Virus record (IMG/VR): IMGVR_UViG_3300025519_000001
Span: 64,001 to 128,000 of that record
DNA from: a virus
Reading direction: 5' to 3' (one strand)
Length of the DNA: 64,000 bases
The position numbers and the translations under genes were made by a program. Positions 1 to 8,867 of the stretch are shown here, in pieces (positions within the stretch are counted from its first letter, which is position 1; every line of letters begins with the position of its first letter). A model generated the notes under the pieces. That model worked only from the letters and a program-made list of their open reading frames with translations, had not been told where the DNA came from and ran no database searches.

Positions 1-195
1 GGAGTCTCAATAGTAAAATCACAGCGCAAAGCAATGCAAGATAAGCCTTTAACCAAAGAAGATTATGATATGCAATCCGAAATAAGATTCACCATGAATT
101 TAGTTGGAAAAGAAAAAATGGAAGTTACAACAGTTTACTTAGTAATGTTTCTATGGCCCATTTTCTTATTTGTGTATTTATTCAAAAAATTATAG
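1..195 (+). CDS. 3' end of hypothetical membrane protein (partial)
   Basis: Frame is open from base 1 to TAG at 193-195 and ends in a hydrophobic stretch (VLLVMFLWPIFLFVYLFKKL). Confidence 0.6.
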   Translation, partial: GVSIVKSQRKAMQDKPLTKEDYDMQSEIRFTMNLVGKEKMEVTTVYLVMFLWPIFLFVYLFKKL

Positions 196-271
196 TTTAA
201 TGATTTTGGGTGGGTTGGTGGGAATATTGAAAAAAGGAGGATAGAAAATAAAAAAATAAAAATAAAAGGGG

Positions 272-640
272 TTGATAGTAGTCTTAATAGTATATGATTC
301 AATGACCGGAAACGTAGAACGATTTGTTAAAAAGCTAAATATGGAGTCTTTAAAAATACATAAAGAGTTGCGGATTGCGGAACCATATGTACTTATAACT
401 TATACTACCCGTATGGGCGAAGTATCTAACAAAACAAGGGATTTTCTTTTTGATAATTACCCATTCCTAAAAGGCGTTGCTTCAAGTGGAAATCGAAATT
501 GGGGTACAAATTTTGCTAAAGCGGCAGATATAATTTCAGAACAATATAAGGTTCCTATTATTTTAAAATTTGAACTTTCTGGTACAGAACAGGATCTAAA
601 TACATTTAAAGAGAGGTTGCGAGAGCTTGAAGTACATTGA
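272..640 (+). CDS. nrdI: Class Ib ribonucleotide reductase flavodoxin NrdI
   Basis: YDSMTGNVERFV, ITYTT, GVASSGNRNWG and KFELSGT motifs; lies upstream of nrdE; exact start uncertain. Confidence 0.95.
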   Translation: MIVVLIVYDSMTGNVERFVKKLNMESLKIHKELRIAEPYVLITYTTRMGEVSNKTRDFLFDNYPFLKGVASSGNRNWGTNFAKAADIISEQYKVPIILKFELSGTEQDLNTFKERLRELEVH

Positions 641-2717
641 ACTAAACAACCAAATCATGCAAAAGAAAGATGGTTTTTTTGATCTTGAAAAAGATAAAGA
701 AGCCGTTAAAGAGTTTATGAAAGAAGTTAAAAAGAAATATGTTTATTTTGATTCAGTAGAACAACGCATTAAATATTTGATTGAAAATAACTTTTATTAT
801 AATGTACTTGAACAATATACAATTGAACAAATCGAAGAAATTGACAGAATCGTTAAGGGATATAATTTTGAATTTGCATCATACATGGCAGCTTCAAAAT
901 TCTATAGAGACTATGCCCTAAAAACAAATGATAAAGAAAAATACTTAGAACTGTATGAAGATAGAATTGTGATTTGTGCTCTTTATCTCGGTGGGGGAAA
1001 TTTTGAAAGAGCAAAAAGATTGGCTATTGCCATGATCGAACAACGTCTACAACCAGCAACACCCACGTTTTTAAATGCTGGAAAAGCCCGTCGCGGAGAA
1101 ATGGTTTCTTGTTTCTTGCTTGATATGGATGATTCGTTGAATTCTATTAACCATGTGTTAAACATGTGTATGCAGCTATCAAAAATCGGCGGCGGCGTGG
1201 CGGTCAATTTGTCCAAATTGCGCAGTAGAGGAGAACCAATCAAAGGTGTTGAGGGTGCCGCGAAGGGCATTATGCCAGTGTTGAAGCTAATGGAAGATGC
1301 ATTCTCTTACGCCGACCAGATGGGACAGAGAAAAGGTTCCGGGGCAGGATACTACAATATTTTTGGTTGGGATGTTATTGAATTCCTTGATAGTAAAAAG
1401 ATCAATGCTGACGAAAAGATTCGTCTAAAAACACTTTCGATTGGCCTAATTATTCCAAACAAATTTTACGAGTTGGCAGCACAAGATAAACCGCATGTTG
1501 TCTTTGCTCCATATTCGGTTTATAAAGCTTATGGTGTGCATTTGGATGACATGAATATGGATGAAATGTATGATAAGCTACTCGCTGATGATCGAGTTAA
1601 AAAACGCACAGTTATGAGTGCGCGTGATATGCTAGTTAAAATTGCTACGACACAATTAGAATCTGGTTATCCTTATATTATGAATAAGGATAATGCAAAT
1701 AAAGTTCATGCACTTAAAGATATTGGTACAATTAAAATGTCAAACTTATGTACCGAGATTTTCCAGTTACAGGAAACATCGGAAATTAATGACTTTGGTG
1801 AAGAACATGTAATTCGAAGAGATATTAGCTGTAATTTGGCAAGCTTAAATATTGTAAATGTATTTAATCCAAATGCTCCCGAAAAGTTCAGAGATTCAGT
1901 ACATATTGGAATGGATGCTTTAACTCAAGTTAGTGACATGACATCGATTAAAAATGCTCCATCTGTCAAAAAAGCTAATGAAGAACTACATTCAGTAGGG
2001 TTAGGATTGATGAATCTACATGGCTTCTTTGTGAAAAATCGTATTCCTTATGAAAGCGAAGAAGCAAAAGATTTCGTTCGTACATTTTGTATGATGATGA
2101 ATTATTACTCAATTGAGCGCTCAATGGAAATCGCAAAAGAGCGCGGTGTAACATTTAAGGACTTTGATAAGTCGGAATATGCAAAAGGCACTTATTTTGA
2201 AATGTACCTTAAGGAAGACTTTTCGCCACGTACGGAAAAAATAAGAAAGTTGTTTGAGAATTTCAAAATTCCAACTAAAAAAGATTGGGCAAAATTGGCC
2301 GAAGAAGTAAAACGATATGGTCTGTATCACGCATATCGGTTAGCAATTGCTCCTACACAAAGTATTTCTTACATTCAAAATTCTACTTCAAGCGTAATGC
2401 CAATTGTAGAGCAAATTGAGACAAGGACGTATGGTAATTCAACTACTTATTACCCTATGCCTTTCCTAGATCAATCAAATATTTTCTTCTATAAGTCGGC
2501 TTATAACATGGACATGATGAAAGTTATTGATTTGATTGCGGAAGCTCAACGTCATATCGATCAAGGGATCAGCACTATCCTATATGTAAATAGTGATGTA
2601 AGCACAAGAGACTTAGGTAGATATTATGTATATGCTGCTCACAAAGGACTTAAATCCTTATATTACACAAGAACACGTTTGATCAGCGTAGAAGAATGCA
2701 CTTCATGCGCTGTGTAA
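627..2717 (+). CDS. nrdE: Class Ib ribonucleotide reductase alpha subunit
   Basis: QPATPTFLNAG, VSCFLL, SNLCTEI, APTQSISY and C-terminal CTSC; no intein or intron. Confidence 0.97.
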   Translation: MKYIELNNQIMQKKDGFFDLEKDKEAVKEFMKEVKKKYVYFDSVEQRIKYLIENNFYYNVLEQYTIEQIEEIDRIVKGYNFEFASYMAASKFYRDYALKTNDKEKYLELYEDRIVICALYLGGGNFERAKRLAIAMIEQRLQPATPTFLNAGKARRGEMVSCFLLDMDDSLNSINHVLNMCMQLSKIGGGVAVNLSKLRSRGEPIKGVEGAAKGIMPVLKLMEDAFSYADQMGQRKGSGAGYYNIFGWDVIEFLDSKKINADEKIRLKTLSIGLIIPNKFYELAAQDKPHVVFAPYSVYKAYGVHLDDMNMDEMYDKLLADDRVKKRTVMSARDMLVKIATTQLESGYPYIMNKDNANKVHALKDIGTIKMSNLCTEIFQLQETSEINDFGEEHVIRRDISCNLASLNIVNVFNPNAPEKFRDSVHIGMDALTQVSDMTSIKNAPSVKKANEELHSVGLGLMNLHGFFVKNRIPYESEEAKDFVRTFCMMMNYYSIERSMEIAKERGVTFKDFDKSEYAKGTYFEMYLKEDFSPRTEKIRKLFENFKIPTKKDWAKLAEEVKRYGLYHAYRLAIAPTQSISYIQNSTSSVMPIVEQIETRTYGNSTTYYPMPFLDQSNIFFYKSAYNMDMMKVIDLIAEAQRHIDQGISTILYVNSDVSTRDLGRYYVYAAHKGLKSLYYTRTRLISVEECTSCAV

Positions 2718-2740
2718 ATAAATAGAAAGAGGGATATAGT

Positions 2741-3703
2741 TTGACAACATTTTCAGCAGTAAATTGGAATACACCAGATGATGATTTTACACAAATGTTT
2801 TGGCAACAAAATATTATGCAGTTTTGGACTGATGAAGAAATTCCACTATCTGATGACAAGATGACGTGGATCGATCTTACTAAAGCTGAACAAGAGGTAT
2901 ATAAGCGAGTATTGGGAGGACTTACGCTTCTTGATACAATTCAAGGCGGAGTGGGTATGCCCAAAATCCTTGAGCATATTGATGGCCTCCAGCGCAAAGC
3001 AGTTTTAGGCTTTATGGGGATGATGGAGCAGATTCACGCCAAATCATATAGTAGTATTTTCACTACATTGGCAACCAAAGAAGAGATCGACGAGATTTTT
3101 GATTGGGTTCATCAAAATAAATATTTGCAAAACAAAGCTAAAATTATTGCGGACTACTATACGAACATTCGCACAAAAAGAGATGTCTATATGGCATTAT
3201 GTGCGTCAGTTCTTTTGGAGAGTTACTTGTTTTATAGTGGATTTTTCTATCCTCTATATCTTTCTGGACAAGGTAAAATGACAAATAGTGGCGAAATAAT
3301 TGATCTAATCTTACGTGATGAAAGCATTCATGGTGTGTATGTTGGTTTACTAGCACAAGAAATTTTTCAATCATTCAACAAACGCACCCAAGAAAGATTA
3401 AAAGTAGAATTATTTGAATTAGTTGATGAATTATATAGCAACGAAATTTTATATACAGATGAATTATACGAGCCTATTGGACTTCAAGAAGAAGTAAAAA
3501 AATATGTAAGATATAATGCTAACAAGGCATTACAAAATCTTGGGTTTGAAAGTTACTTTCCAGAAGAAACAATTAATCCAATTGTTCTAAATGGAATCAA
3601 TACAAACACAAAAAACCATGACTTCTTCTCGAAGAAAGGGAATGGATATGTCCGTAGCACAAACGTAGAAAAAATGCGTGACGAGGATTTCATTTTTGAT
3701 TGA
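2741..3703 (+). CDS. nrdF: Class Ib ribonucleotide reductase beta subunit
   Basis: LTLLDT, MEQIHAKSY, RDESIHG metal ligands; HDFFS..GNGY tail. Confidence 0.97.
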   Translation: MTTFSAVNWNTPDDDFTQMFWQQNIMQFWTDEEIPLSDDKMTWIDLTKAEQEVYKRVLGGLTLLDTIQGGVGMPKILEHIDGLQRKAVLGFMGMMEQIHAKSYSSIFTTLATKEEIDEIFDWVHQNKYLQNKAKIIADYYTNIRTKRDVYMALCASVLLESYLFYSGFFYPLYLSGQGKMTNSGEIIDLILRDESIHGVYVGLLAQEIFQSFNKRTQERLKVELFELVDELYSNEILYTDELYEPIGLQEEVKKYVRYNANKALQNLGFESYFPEETINPIVLNGINTNTKNHDFFSKKGNGYVRSTNVEKMRDEDFIFD

Positions 3704-3774
3704 ACATCGAAAAAGATTAAAAATGTAATTGCCAAAACTTTTAACTAAAAAATAAAAAAGGGAGAATGTAGTAT

Positions 3775-4470
3775 ATGAAATTTAAAATCAATCAAAAAGT
3801 ATTCTATACATCTGTAAAAGTGCCAGCAGTAATTAAAGGATTCGAAAAGAACAAGGTATTTATTACATATTTCCCAAAAGGCGAAACAAAACGCACGAAT
3901 AAACTCGTGGAACCTTCGAAATTGAAACCATATCGTAAAATTAAAAATAATTCAAATCGTTATTATTATGCAGTACGTAAATTTCATACCGCATTTAAAC
4001 ATCCAAAATCAAACAAGCCGACGCCAATGGATGCTAATATGGCGATTAAACGAATGTCTTGGACACTTGAAGAAATTGTTGAATTTATCCACGCTTCTTC
4101 CGAATCTAAAGAACAATTTTCAACTTTATTTGAACAATTAATTGTTAATGGACAAAAAACTTATGAAAAATTGCTAAACACACCTTTGCCTGAAAGCGCA
4201 GAGGATAGGCTATTAGCACAAGTAGATGCAGTAGGAGATATTTTGTATTTCAATCAAGGTGACTTTAACATCCTTGGAGTAAAGCCAGATAGAATTTTTG
4301 AAGCGATTCAAGCGGCAAACATGAGAAAGCTTCATGAAGATGGTAAACCAAGATTCCGAGAAGGGGACGGAAAGATCATTAAGCCGGAAGAATGGTATGG
4401 CCCCGAAAAAGATATTCAAAAAGAAATTGAAAGACAAGCTAATGCAGTAAACAAAACTAAAAAGTCTTAA
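3775..4470 (+). CDS. MazG-like/all-alpha NTP pyrophosphatase with an extra N-terminal domain
   Basis: LEEIVE, QVDAVGDILYF, ANMRKL..DGKP.FREGDGKIIKP motifs. Confidence 0.75.
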   Translation: MKFKINQKVFYTSVKVPAVIKGFEKNKVFITYFPKGETKRTNKLVEPSKLKPYRKIKNNSNRYYYAVRKFHTAFKHPKSNKPTPMDANMAIKRMSWTLEEIVEFIHASSESKEQFSTLFEQLIVNGQKTYEKLLNTPLPESAEDRLLAQVDAVGDILYFNQGDFNILGVKPDRIFEAIQAANMRKLHEDGKPRFREGDGKIIKPEEWYGPEKDIQKEIERQANAVNKTKKS

Positions 4471-4480
4471 AAACAAAAAG

Positions 4481-4507
4481 AGGAGCGTAGTTTAATTCTA
4501 CGCTCCT
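4481..4507. terminator. Hairpin terminator between convergent genes
   Basis: aggagcgtag-tttaatt-ctacgctcct, a perfect 10-bp stem. Confidence 0.75.
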
Positions 4508-4512
4508 TGAAA

Positions 4513-4791
4513 TTACGATTCGGCAGTAGCAGCAGCTTCTTGTTGAACTTCAGATTTAGGCTTTCTACCGGGTTTCTTGGTATAATTTCTCTTTTGTGGT
4601 ATGTTAGTAAAGTGTTCTTCAAACATCTTAAGAACGTTTCGATAAACGGCTACGCTAATAGTACGAACGACTGGAGTGGATTCTGGGTTGATAGATTTCT
4701 CAAATTCAATACCTTGTTCTTCGTGCGCTATTAAAGCGTTAAGTTTATCTTGAAAGTCTTTGATTATTTTTTCATCAAAAATTTTTGCCAT
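4513..4791 (-). CDS. Small hypothetical protein with a basic KPGRKPK motif
   Basis: 92 aa ORF with RBS (aaggaagtg) and upstream TGnTATAAT on the - strand. Confidence 0.7.
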   Translation of the reverse strand: MAKIFDEKIIKDFQDKLNALIAHEEQGIEFEKSINPESTPVVRTISVAVYRNVLKMFEEHFTNIPQKRNYTKKPGRKPKSEVQQEAAATAES

Positions 4792-4856
4792 TTAATTCAC
4801 TTCCTTGTCTTTATAAGAATTTAAATTCATTATATCATAAAATTTAGGAGAAAAAA

Positions 4857-5642
4857 ATGAATCAAGCAGATAAACAATATTTAGATATTGTAAAAGATAT
4901 TCTTGAGAATGGATATTACGACAATAATCGCACAGGAATTCCGACAAAAAAATTGTTTGGAAAACTATTTCGTTTTGATTTACAAAAAGAATTTCCGATT
5001 CTAACTACGAAATTTGTACCATTTAAAACGCTCGTAAAAGAATTGTTCTGGATTTATGTAATGCAAAGCAATGATGTCCGTGAACTACAAAAAATGGGTG
5101 TTACAGTATGGGATGAATGGATGCAAAATGATGGAACAATCGGAAAAGCTTATGGTTATCAAATAGCAAAATATAAGCAAATAGACAAGTTGATTGAAGG
5201 TTTAAAAAATGATCCTCAATCACGAAGGCACATCATGACTCTTTGGAATTTAGATGACCTTGAAGATATGGCCTTACAACCATGTGCTTTTCAAACCATG
5301 TGGGATGTATCCAATGGTTATCTCAATTGCACTTTAATTCAAAGATCGGGTGATATGGGCTTGGGCGTGCCATTTAATACAGCACAGTATGCTGTACTTG
5401 TACATATGATTGCACAAGTAACCGGATTAAAAGTAGGAGTGTTCAATCACTATATTAATAACGCACATCTTTACGAAAATCATTGGGAGCAAATTAAAAA
5501 ACAATTAGAAAGAGAGCCATTTCCCTCTCCTAAATTGTGGATTAATCCTGAAATTAAAAACTTTTATGATTTTACTATTGATGACATTAAGCTTATCGAT
5601 TATCAGCACCATCCTAAAATTGAGATGGAGGTAGCTGTTTGA
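4857..5642 (+). CDS. thyA: Thymidylate synthase
   Basis: [40 protein letters not shown]. Confidence 0.97.
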   Translation: MNQADKQYLDIVKDILENGYYDNNRTGIPTKKLFGKLFRFDLQKEFPILTTKFVPFKTLVKELFWIYVMQSNDVRELQKMGVTVWDEWMQNDGTIGKAYGYQIAKYKQIDKLIEGLKNDPQSRRHIMTLWNLDDLEDMALQPCAFQTMWDVSNGYLNCTLIQRSGDMGLGVPFNTAQYAVLVHMIAQVTGLKVGVFNHYINNAHLYENHWEQIKKQLEREPFPSPKLWINPEIKNFYDFTIDDIKLIDYQHHPKIEMEVAV

Positions 5643-6145
5643 TTTCTATTATTGTAGCGATGGATCGAAATAAATTAATTGGAAACAATGGGCAACTTCC
5701 ATGGCACATTCCAGCCGACTTAAAGTATTTTAAAGAGAAAACTAAAAATAAAATAATTGTTATGGGAAGAAAAACTTATGAGTCAATTAGAAGACCATTG
5801 CCTAATAGAGTCAATGTGGTTATCTCAAAAAATATCGAATTCATAATTAAAAATAAGGATAAGGGGTTATTCGTTTATGATTCAATTGACCAATTTCTAA
5901 AAAGCAATATACATAAAGATCGAGAAGTATATGTGATTGGTGGAGCAAGAATCTACGCTCAATTCTTACAAATAGCTGATAAGCTATTGATTACTCATAT
6001 TGATTACGAGTTTAAGGGGAATACTTACTTCCCTAATTATGATGAGAATGACTTCTCTATTACTTCGTCCATAAAAATAGGCGCAAGCGAAAATGATTCA
6101 AAATACAATCTTACTTTCGCGGAGTACAGCAGAATAAAAAAATAA
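5639..6145 (+). CDS. dfrA: Dihydrofolate reductase
   Basis: [40 protein letters not shown]; overlaps the thyA stop. Confidence 0.96.
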   Translation: MISIIVAMDRNKLIGNNGQLPWHIPADLKYFKEKTKNKIIVMGRKTYESIRRPLPNRVNVVISKNIEFIIKNKDKGLFVYDSIDQFLKSNIHKDREVYVIGGARIYAQFLQIADKLLITHIDYEFKGNTYFPNYDENDFSITSSIKIGASENDSKYNLTFAEYSRIKK

Positions 6146-6159
6146 AATATAAAAAACAC

Positions 6160-6188
6160 TTGCACAAAAAATAGATTCATGCTAAAAT
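6160..6188 (+). promoter_or_regulatory. Sigma-A type promoter for the accessory gene patch
   Basis: TTGCAC-17 bp-TAAAAT with an extended TG. Confidence 0.65.
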
Positions 6189-6255
6189 CAATCCTGTCAA
6201 GAACGATACCAAATTGTTCCGACAGGATTTTCTTGTAGTAAGGAGGGAGAATAAT

Positions 6256-6801
6256 ATGTATCAAGCATATGTGGACGCTTCTTTCACACCTCGAAGTTCG
6301 GGATTTGGTTATGCGGTTTTTAAAGACGATATTCTTTTACATATACATAGAGAAAATAGAGTGTCAGTGGATTGCAATTCATTAGAGTACATAGCGGTTT
6401 TGGAACTCATGAAATATATTAATAGAATAAAAATAAATAATGTAACTGTGTTCACAGATAGTTTAAATTTAGTGAGCGAACTAAGAGCTAAAAGAAGAAT
6501 TAGAAATCCAATAATAAATGAAATTTTGTATGAACTCTCGCTTAATCCTACTGTTAAAGTTAAATGGATAGACCGGAGATTGAATGTATTTGCGCATAGT
6601 CTTAGTCAAAATGCTCGAACCATGAATTATAATTTTAGTGATAATATTAAAAAACAACGAAGGCTGCTGAAAACCTGTAAAATATGTAAAGAAAGAAAAC
6701 CAGTCACCCAATTTCCTTCAAATCAACGAAAATGCATTGATTGCTTATCCAAAGTAACTGCGATTAATAGCTCATACTTAAAAACAAAATTACATAAATG
6801 A
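6256..6801 (+). CDS. RNase HI-like protein with a C-terminal CxxC..CxxC zinc finger
   Basis: YVDAS, NSLEY, FTDS acidic residues; CKIC...CIDC; ATG at 6256 follows aggaggg. Confidence 0.75.
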   Translation: MYQAYVDASFTPRSSGFGYAVFKDDILLHIHRENRVSVDCNSLEYIAVLELMKYINRIKINNVTVFTDSLNLVSELRAKRRIRNPIINEILYELSLNPTVKVKWIDRRLNVFAHSLSQNARTMNYNFSDNIKKQRRLLKTCKICKERKPVTQFPSNQRKCIDCLSKVTAINSSYLKTKLHK

Positions 6802-6802
6802 G

Positions 6803-6994
6803 GTGAAAAATTTTATGAGAAAAAAAGATGAGCGGCTTAGTTATTTAGAAATTAATCATTTTTATTTCAATCGCGTCTTAGAGCCAAACGACAACTATTA
6901 CAATAAAAGAGTCGAGAAAGTATTGTTTCCCTATGACTTAGAAATGGCGCAACTTAAATGGGAATTAAAAAATAAAAAAAAGGAGATACACTAA
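6803..6994 (+). CDS. Hypothetical protein
   Basis: 63 aa ORF in the operon. Confidence 0.55.
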   Translation: MKNFMRKKDERLSYLEINHFYFNRVLEPNDNYYNKRVEKVLFPYDLEMAQLKWELKNKKKEIH

Positions 6995-7225
6995 ATGAAT
7001 TATTCTAAAGAAACACTTAAGCTAATAAGTCTTTGCTGGAGTGGTGACGAACCAAGGAACACTAATGTAATCATTGGAACAACGTATTTCGATTTAGAAG
7101 GCAATAAATATAAAATAACGGAAGATACATATAAAGAATTGGTTCGGTATCAAAGCGAATCTTCAAGAAAATTCAAGATTATTCGAAATGGAAACGTCTT
7201 GTGGCTTCAAGGAATGGGTGCATGA
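6995..7225 (+). CDS. Hypothetical protein
   Basis: 76 aa ORF with an aaggag RBS. Confidence 0.65.
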   Translation: MNYSKETLKLISLCWSGDEPRNTNVIIGTTYFDLEGNKYKITEDTYKELVRYQSESSRKFKIIRNGNVLWLQGMGA

Positions 7226-7239
7226 AACCATGATTTTGT
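7222..7239. repeat. ATGAAA-N6-TTTCAT dyad, degenerate copy
   Basis: (gtgc)atgaaa-ccatga-ttttgt, overlapping a stop codon. Confidence 0.5.
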
Positions 7240-7255
7240 GAGGTGTTAAAAACTA

Positions 7256-7918
7256 ATGGCAAAGAAAAAATATAGAATACAAAAGGCTCGAATTAAGGAA
7301 GCAGGGAAACTTCTTTCTATTATAACTGGAATTAATTTTGGAATCAGTGGTAGTAGTTATAAAAATGGCATATGGTATTGTAATTTTTATGCTGAACTAG
7401 ATGTTCCACATTGGTTTGATACAACTATTCGTGATACAGCAGAAGAAGAAATAAGGCCATATATTGAAAGGCAATACAAGAAAATTATTGATGCACTCAA
7501 AAGTAAATTTGGAGAAATCGAACATTCTCCATCAGAACATTGGTACAATTTCACTTATTATCTTCCTCCAGAAGGTGTTGCTCAACCTGAAATTTGGGAT
7601 CATGTTAATGGGGTTTTTCAAAAAATAAAAGATGCAAGACTACTAACAGAAAAAGAAATAGAAGAAAATTTGAAGCGATGGGAAGAAATTTGTCAAGATG
7701 AACCAAACAATAGATATTCTTTATTCCATTTAGAACATTTAAGATGGAGTAAAGATAACTGGAAAAAATATTTTAAGTTTGTTGGTGGTTCACCATTTAC
7801 AGATGAATTATTTGTTCAAATTCGTTATGGCGACATGATTAGAATGCGAGGAGAATTTTCGTTTAAAGCTTTTGGTGAATTTGATCTGTTGAAAGAAGAA
7901 TATATGTATTATATTTAA
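7256..7918 (+). CDS. Hypothetical protein
   Basis: 220 aa ORF with a gaggtg RBS. Confidence 0.75.
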   Translation: MAKKKYRIQKARIKEAGKLLSIITGINFGISGSSYKNGIWYCNFYAELDVPHWFDTTIRDTAEEEIRPYIERQYKKIIDALKSKFGEIEHSPSEHWYNFTYYLPPEGVAQPEIWDHVNGVFQKIKDARLLTEKEIEENLKRWEEICQDEPNNRYSLFHLEHLRWSKDNWKKYFKFVGGSPFTDELFVQIRYGDMIRMRGEFSFKAFGEFDLLKEEYMYYI

Positions 7919-7968
7919 AAATAAAAAAGGGGATTGTATTTCAATTAATAAAAGGAGTAATATTTAAG

Positions 7969-8310
7969 ATGTATTTCTACGAAAAGGAATTAGCGCGAAT
8001 TAAAAATGATTGGGAGAAAACACACCCTGAACGAGTAAAAATATTCTCTCAACAATATTTAGAAAATGGCTTTTCAGATGAAGACACGTGGAATTTAGAT
8101 ATTCATCTTGCAAAACTAATTTACCCTAGACTCGTTCGATTTAAAGAAATAGCTTGTGTTGTTATAGACTGGCCTTTGAATGAGATTATAGAAGCATTTA
8201 GATTAATTGTTGATGAAAATGTAGATTTCTTTAACGAACCCGAAAATTACGAAAAAATAAAGAAAGGACTTAAATTATTTGCAGAGTATTATTTTAAATT
8301 GTGGTGGTGA
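7969..8310 (+). CDS. Hypothetical phage protein
   Basis: 113 aa ORF with RBS; ends LFAEYYFKLWW. Confidence 0.75.
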   Translation: MYFYEKELARIKNDWEKTHPERVKIFSQQYLENGFSDEDTWNLDIHLAKLIYPRLVRFKEIACVVIDWPLNEIIEAFRLIVDENVDFFNEPENYEKIKKGLKLFAEYYFKLWW

Positions 8311-8360
8311 TATAAAAAAGTATAGCTAAAAAGGGATGTAATTTAAAATTAAAATTCACC

Positions 8361-8378
8361 ATAAAAGACACGTTTCAT
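8361..8378. repeat. ATGAAA-N6-TTTCAT dyad at the left border of the CRISPR cassette
   Basis: ataaaa-gacacg-tttcat. Confidence 0.6.
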
Positions 8379-8400
8379 ATGCTAATATTCAAACTTTAAA

Positions 8401-8443
8401 GTGCGAATCCCAAGCGAACATAAAAACTCTAGGAGATTCGCAC
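8401..8443 (+). promoter_or_regulatory. CRISPR leader inverted-repeat motif, type I-C-like (copy 1)
   Basis: gtgcgaatc-N25-gattcgcac; near-identical copy at 10500-10542. Confidence 0.7.
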
Positions 8444-8452
8444 CAAATTTAC

Positions 8453-8622
8453 AGGGCGACTCGGCGTCCAAAATCGAGAAAGCATGTGAATTTACATATG
8501 ATTTACCTATTTCACATGCACTCGATAACGTATCTATATTTTAAAATGTGCTTATAGATACGACCATTCTCGTTTTTATAGGAGAATGCACTTTGTGCGA
8601 ATAAATATGCACACTTTTTGCT
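8453..8622 (+). ncRNA. Cas12f tracrRNA (copy 1)
   Basis: gggcg-actcgg-cgtcc hairpin, atcgag..ctcgat stem, two more stems, anti-repeat cactttgtgcgaat (8589-8602); architecture matches my recollection of the As/OsCas12f1 tracrRNAs. Confidence 0.8.
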
Positions 8623-8835
8623 GTTGCAATTCGCACATGCACATAAAGTGTGAGAAGGGAGACTAAGGCTAAAGTCTTTGCTAGGCTAGTTGCAATTCGC
8701 ACATGCACATAAAGTGTGAGAATGGGAGAATGTAGATCGTGACTCTGCCTTATAGTTGCAATTCGCACATGCACATAAAGTGTGAGCTAGATCGACTATA
8801 TATGCGGAGCTTAAAAATTATTGCAATTCGCACAT
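8623..8835 (+). CRISPR. CRISPR mini-array: 3 identical 32-nt repeats, a degenerate 4th, and 3 spacers (34, 34, 33 nt)
   Basis: GTTGCAATTCGCACATGCACATAAAGTGTGAG at 8623-8654, 8689-8720 and 8755-8786; partial repeat at 8820-8835. Confidence 0.95.
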
Positions 8836-8850
8836 ATATAATGTTAAAAT
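8821..8850 (+). promoter_or_regulatory. Putative cas12f promoter overlapping the terminal repeat
   Basis: TTGCAA-18 bp-TAAAAT with an extended TG; RBS gagggg follows, then ATG at 8868. Confidence 0.5.
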
Positions 8851-8867
8851 AATGAGGGGTTTTATAT

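Noticed and set aside
245-267. Recurrent AAAATAAAA tracts in intergenic regions
   Set aside because: Low complexity, present on both strands of an AT-rich genome; cannot be separated from background by eye
627-3703. Introns or inteins in nrdE/nrdF, as in SPbeta
   Set aside because: Both ORFs are continuous and of normal length
3760-3771. 12-nt match (gggagaatgtag) between spacer 2 and the RBS region of the pyrophosphatase gene, suggesting self-targeting
   Set aside because: Short, purine-rich SD-like sequence, mismatched at the spacer 5' end and with no T-rich PAM; compatible with chance
8379-8400. cta ata ttc (LIF) just before the leader, resembling a cas2 C-terminal remnant
   Set aside because: Only three codons; too little evidence
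8541-8774. 77 aa minus-strand ORF with repeated MHVRIAT
   Set aside because: Translation artefact of the CRISPR repeats
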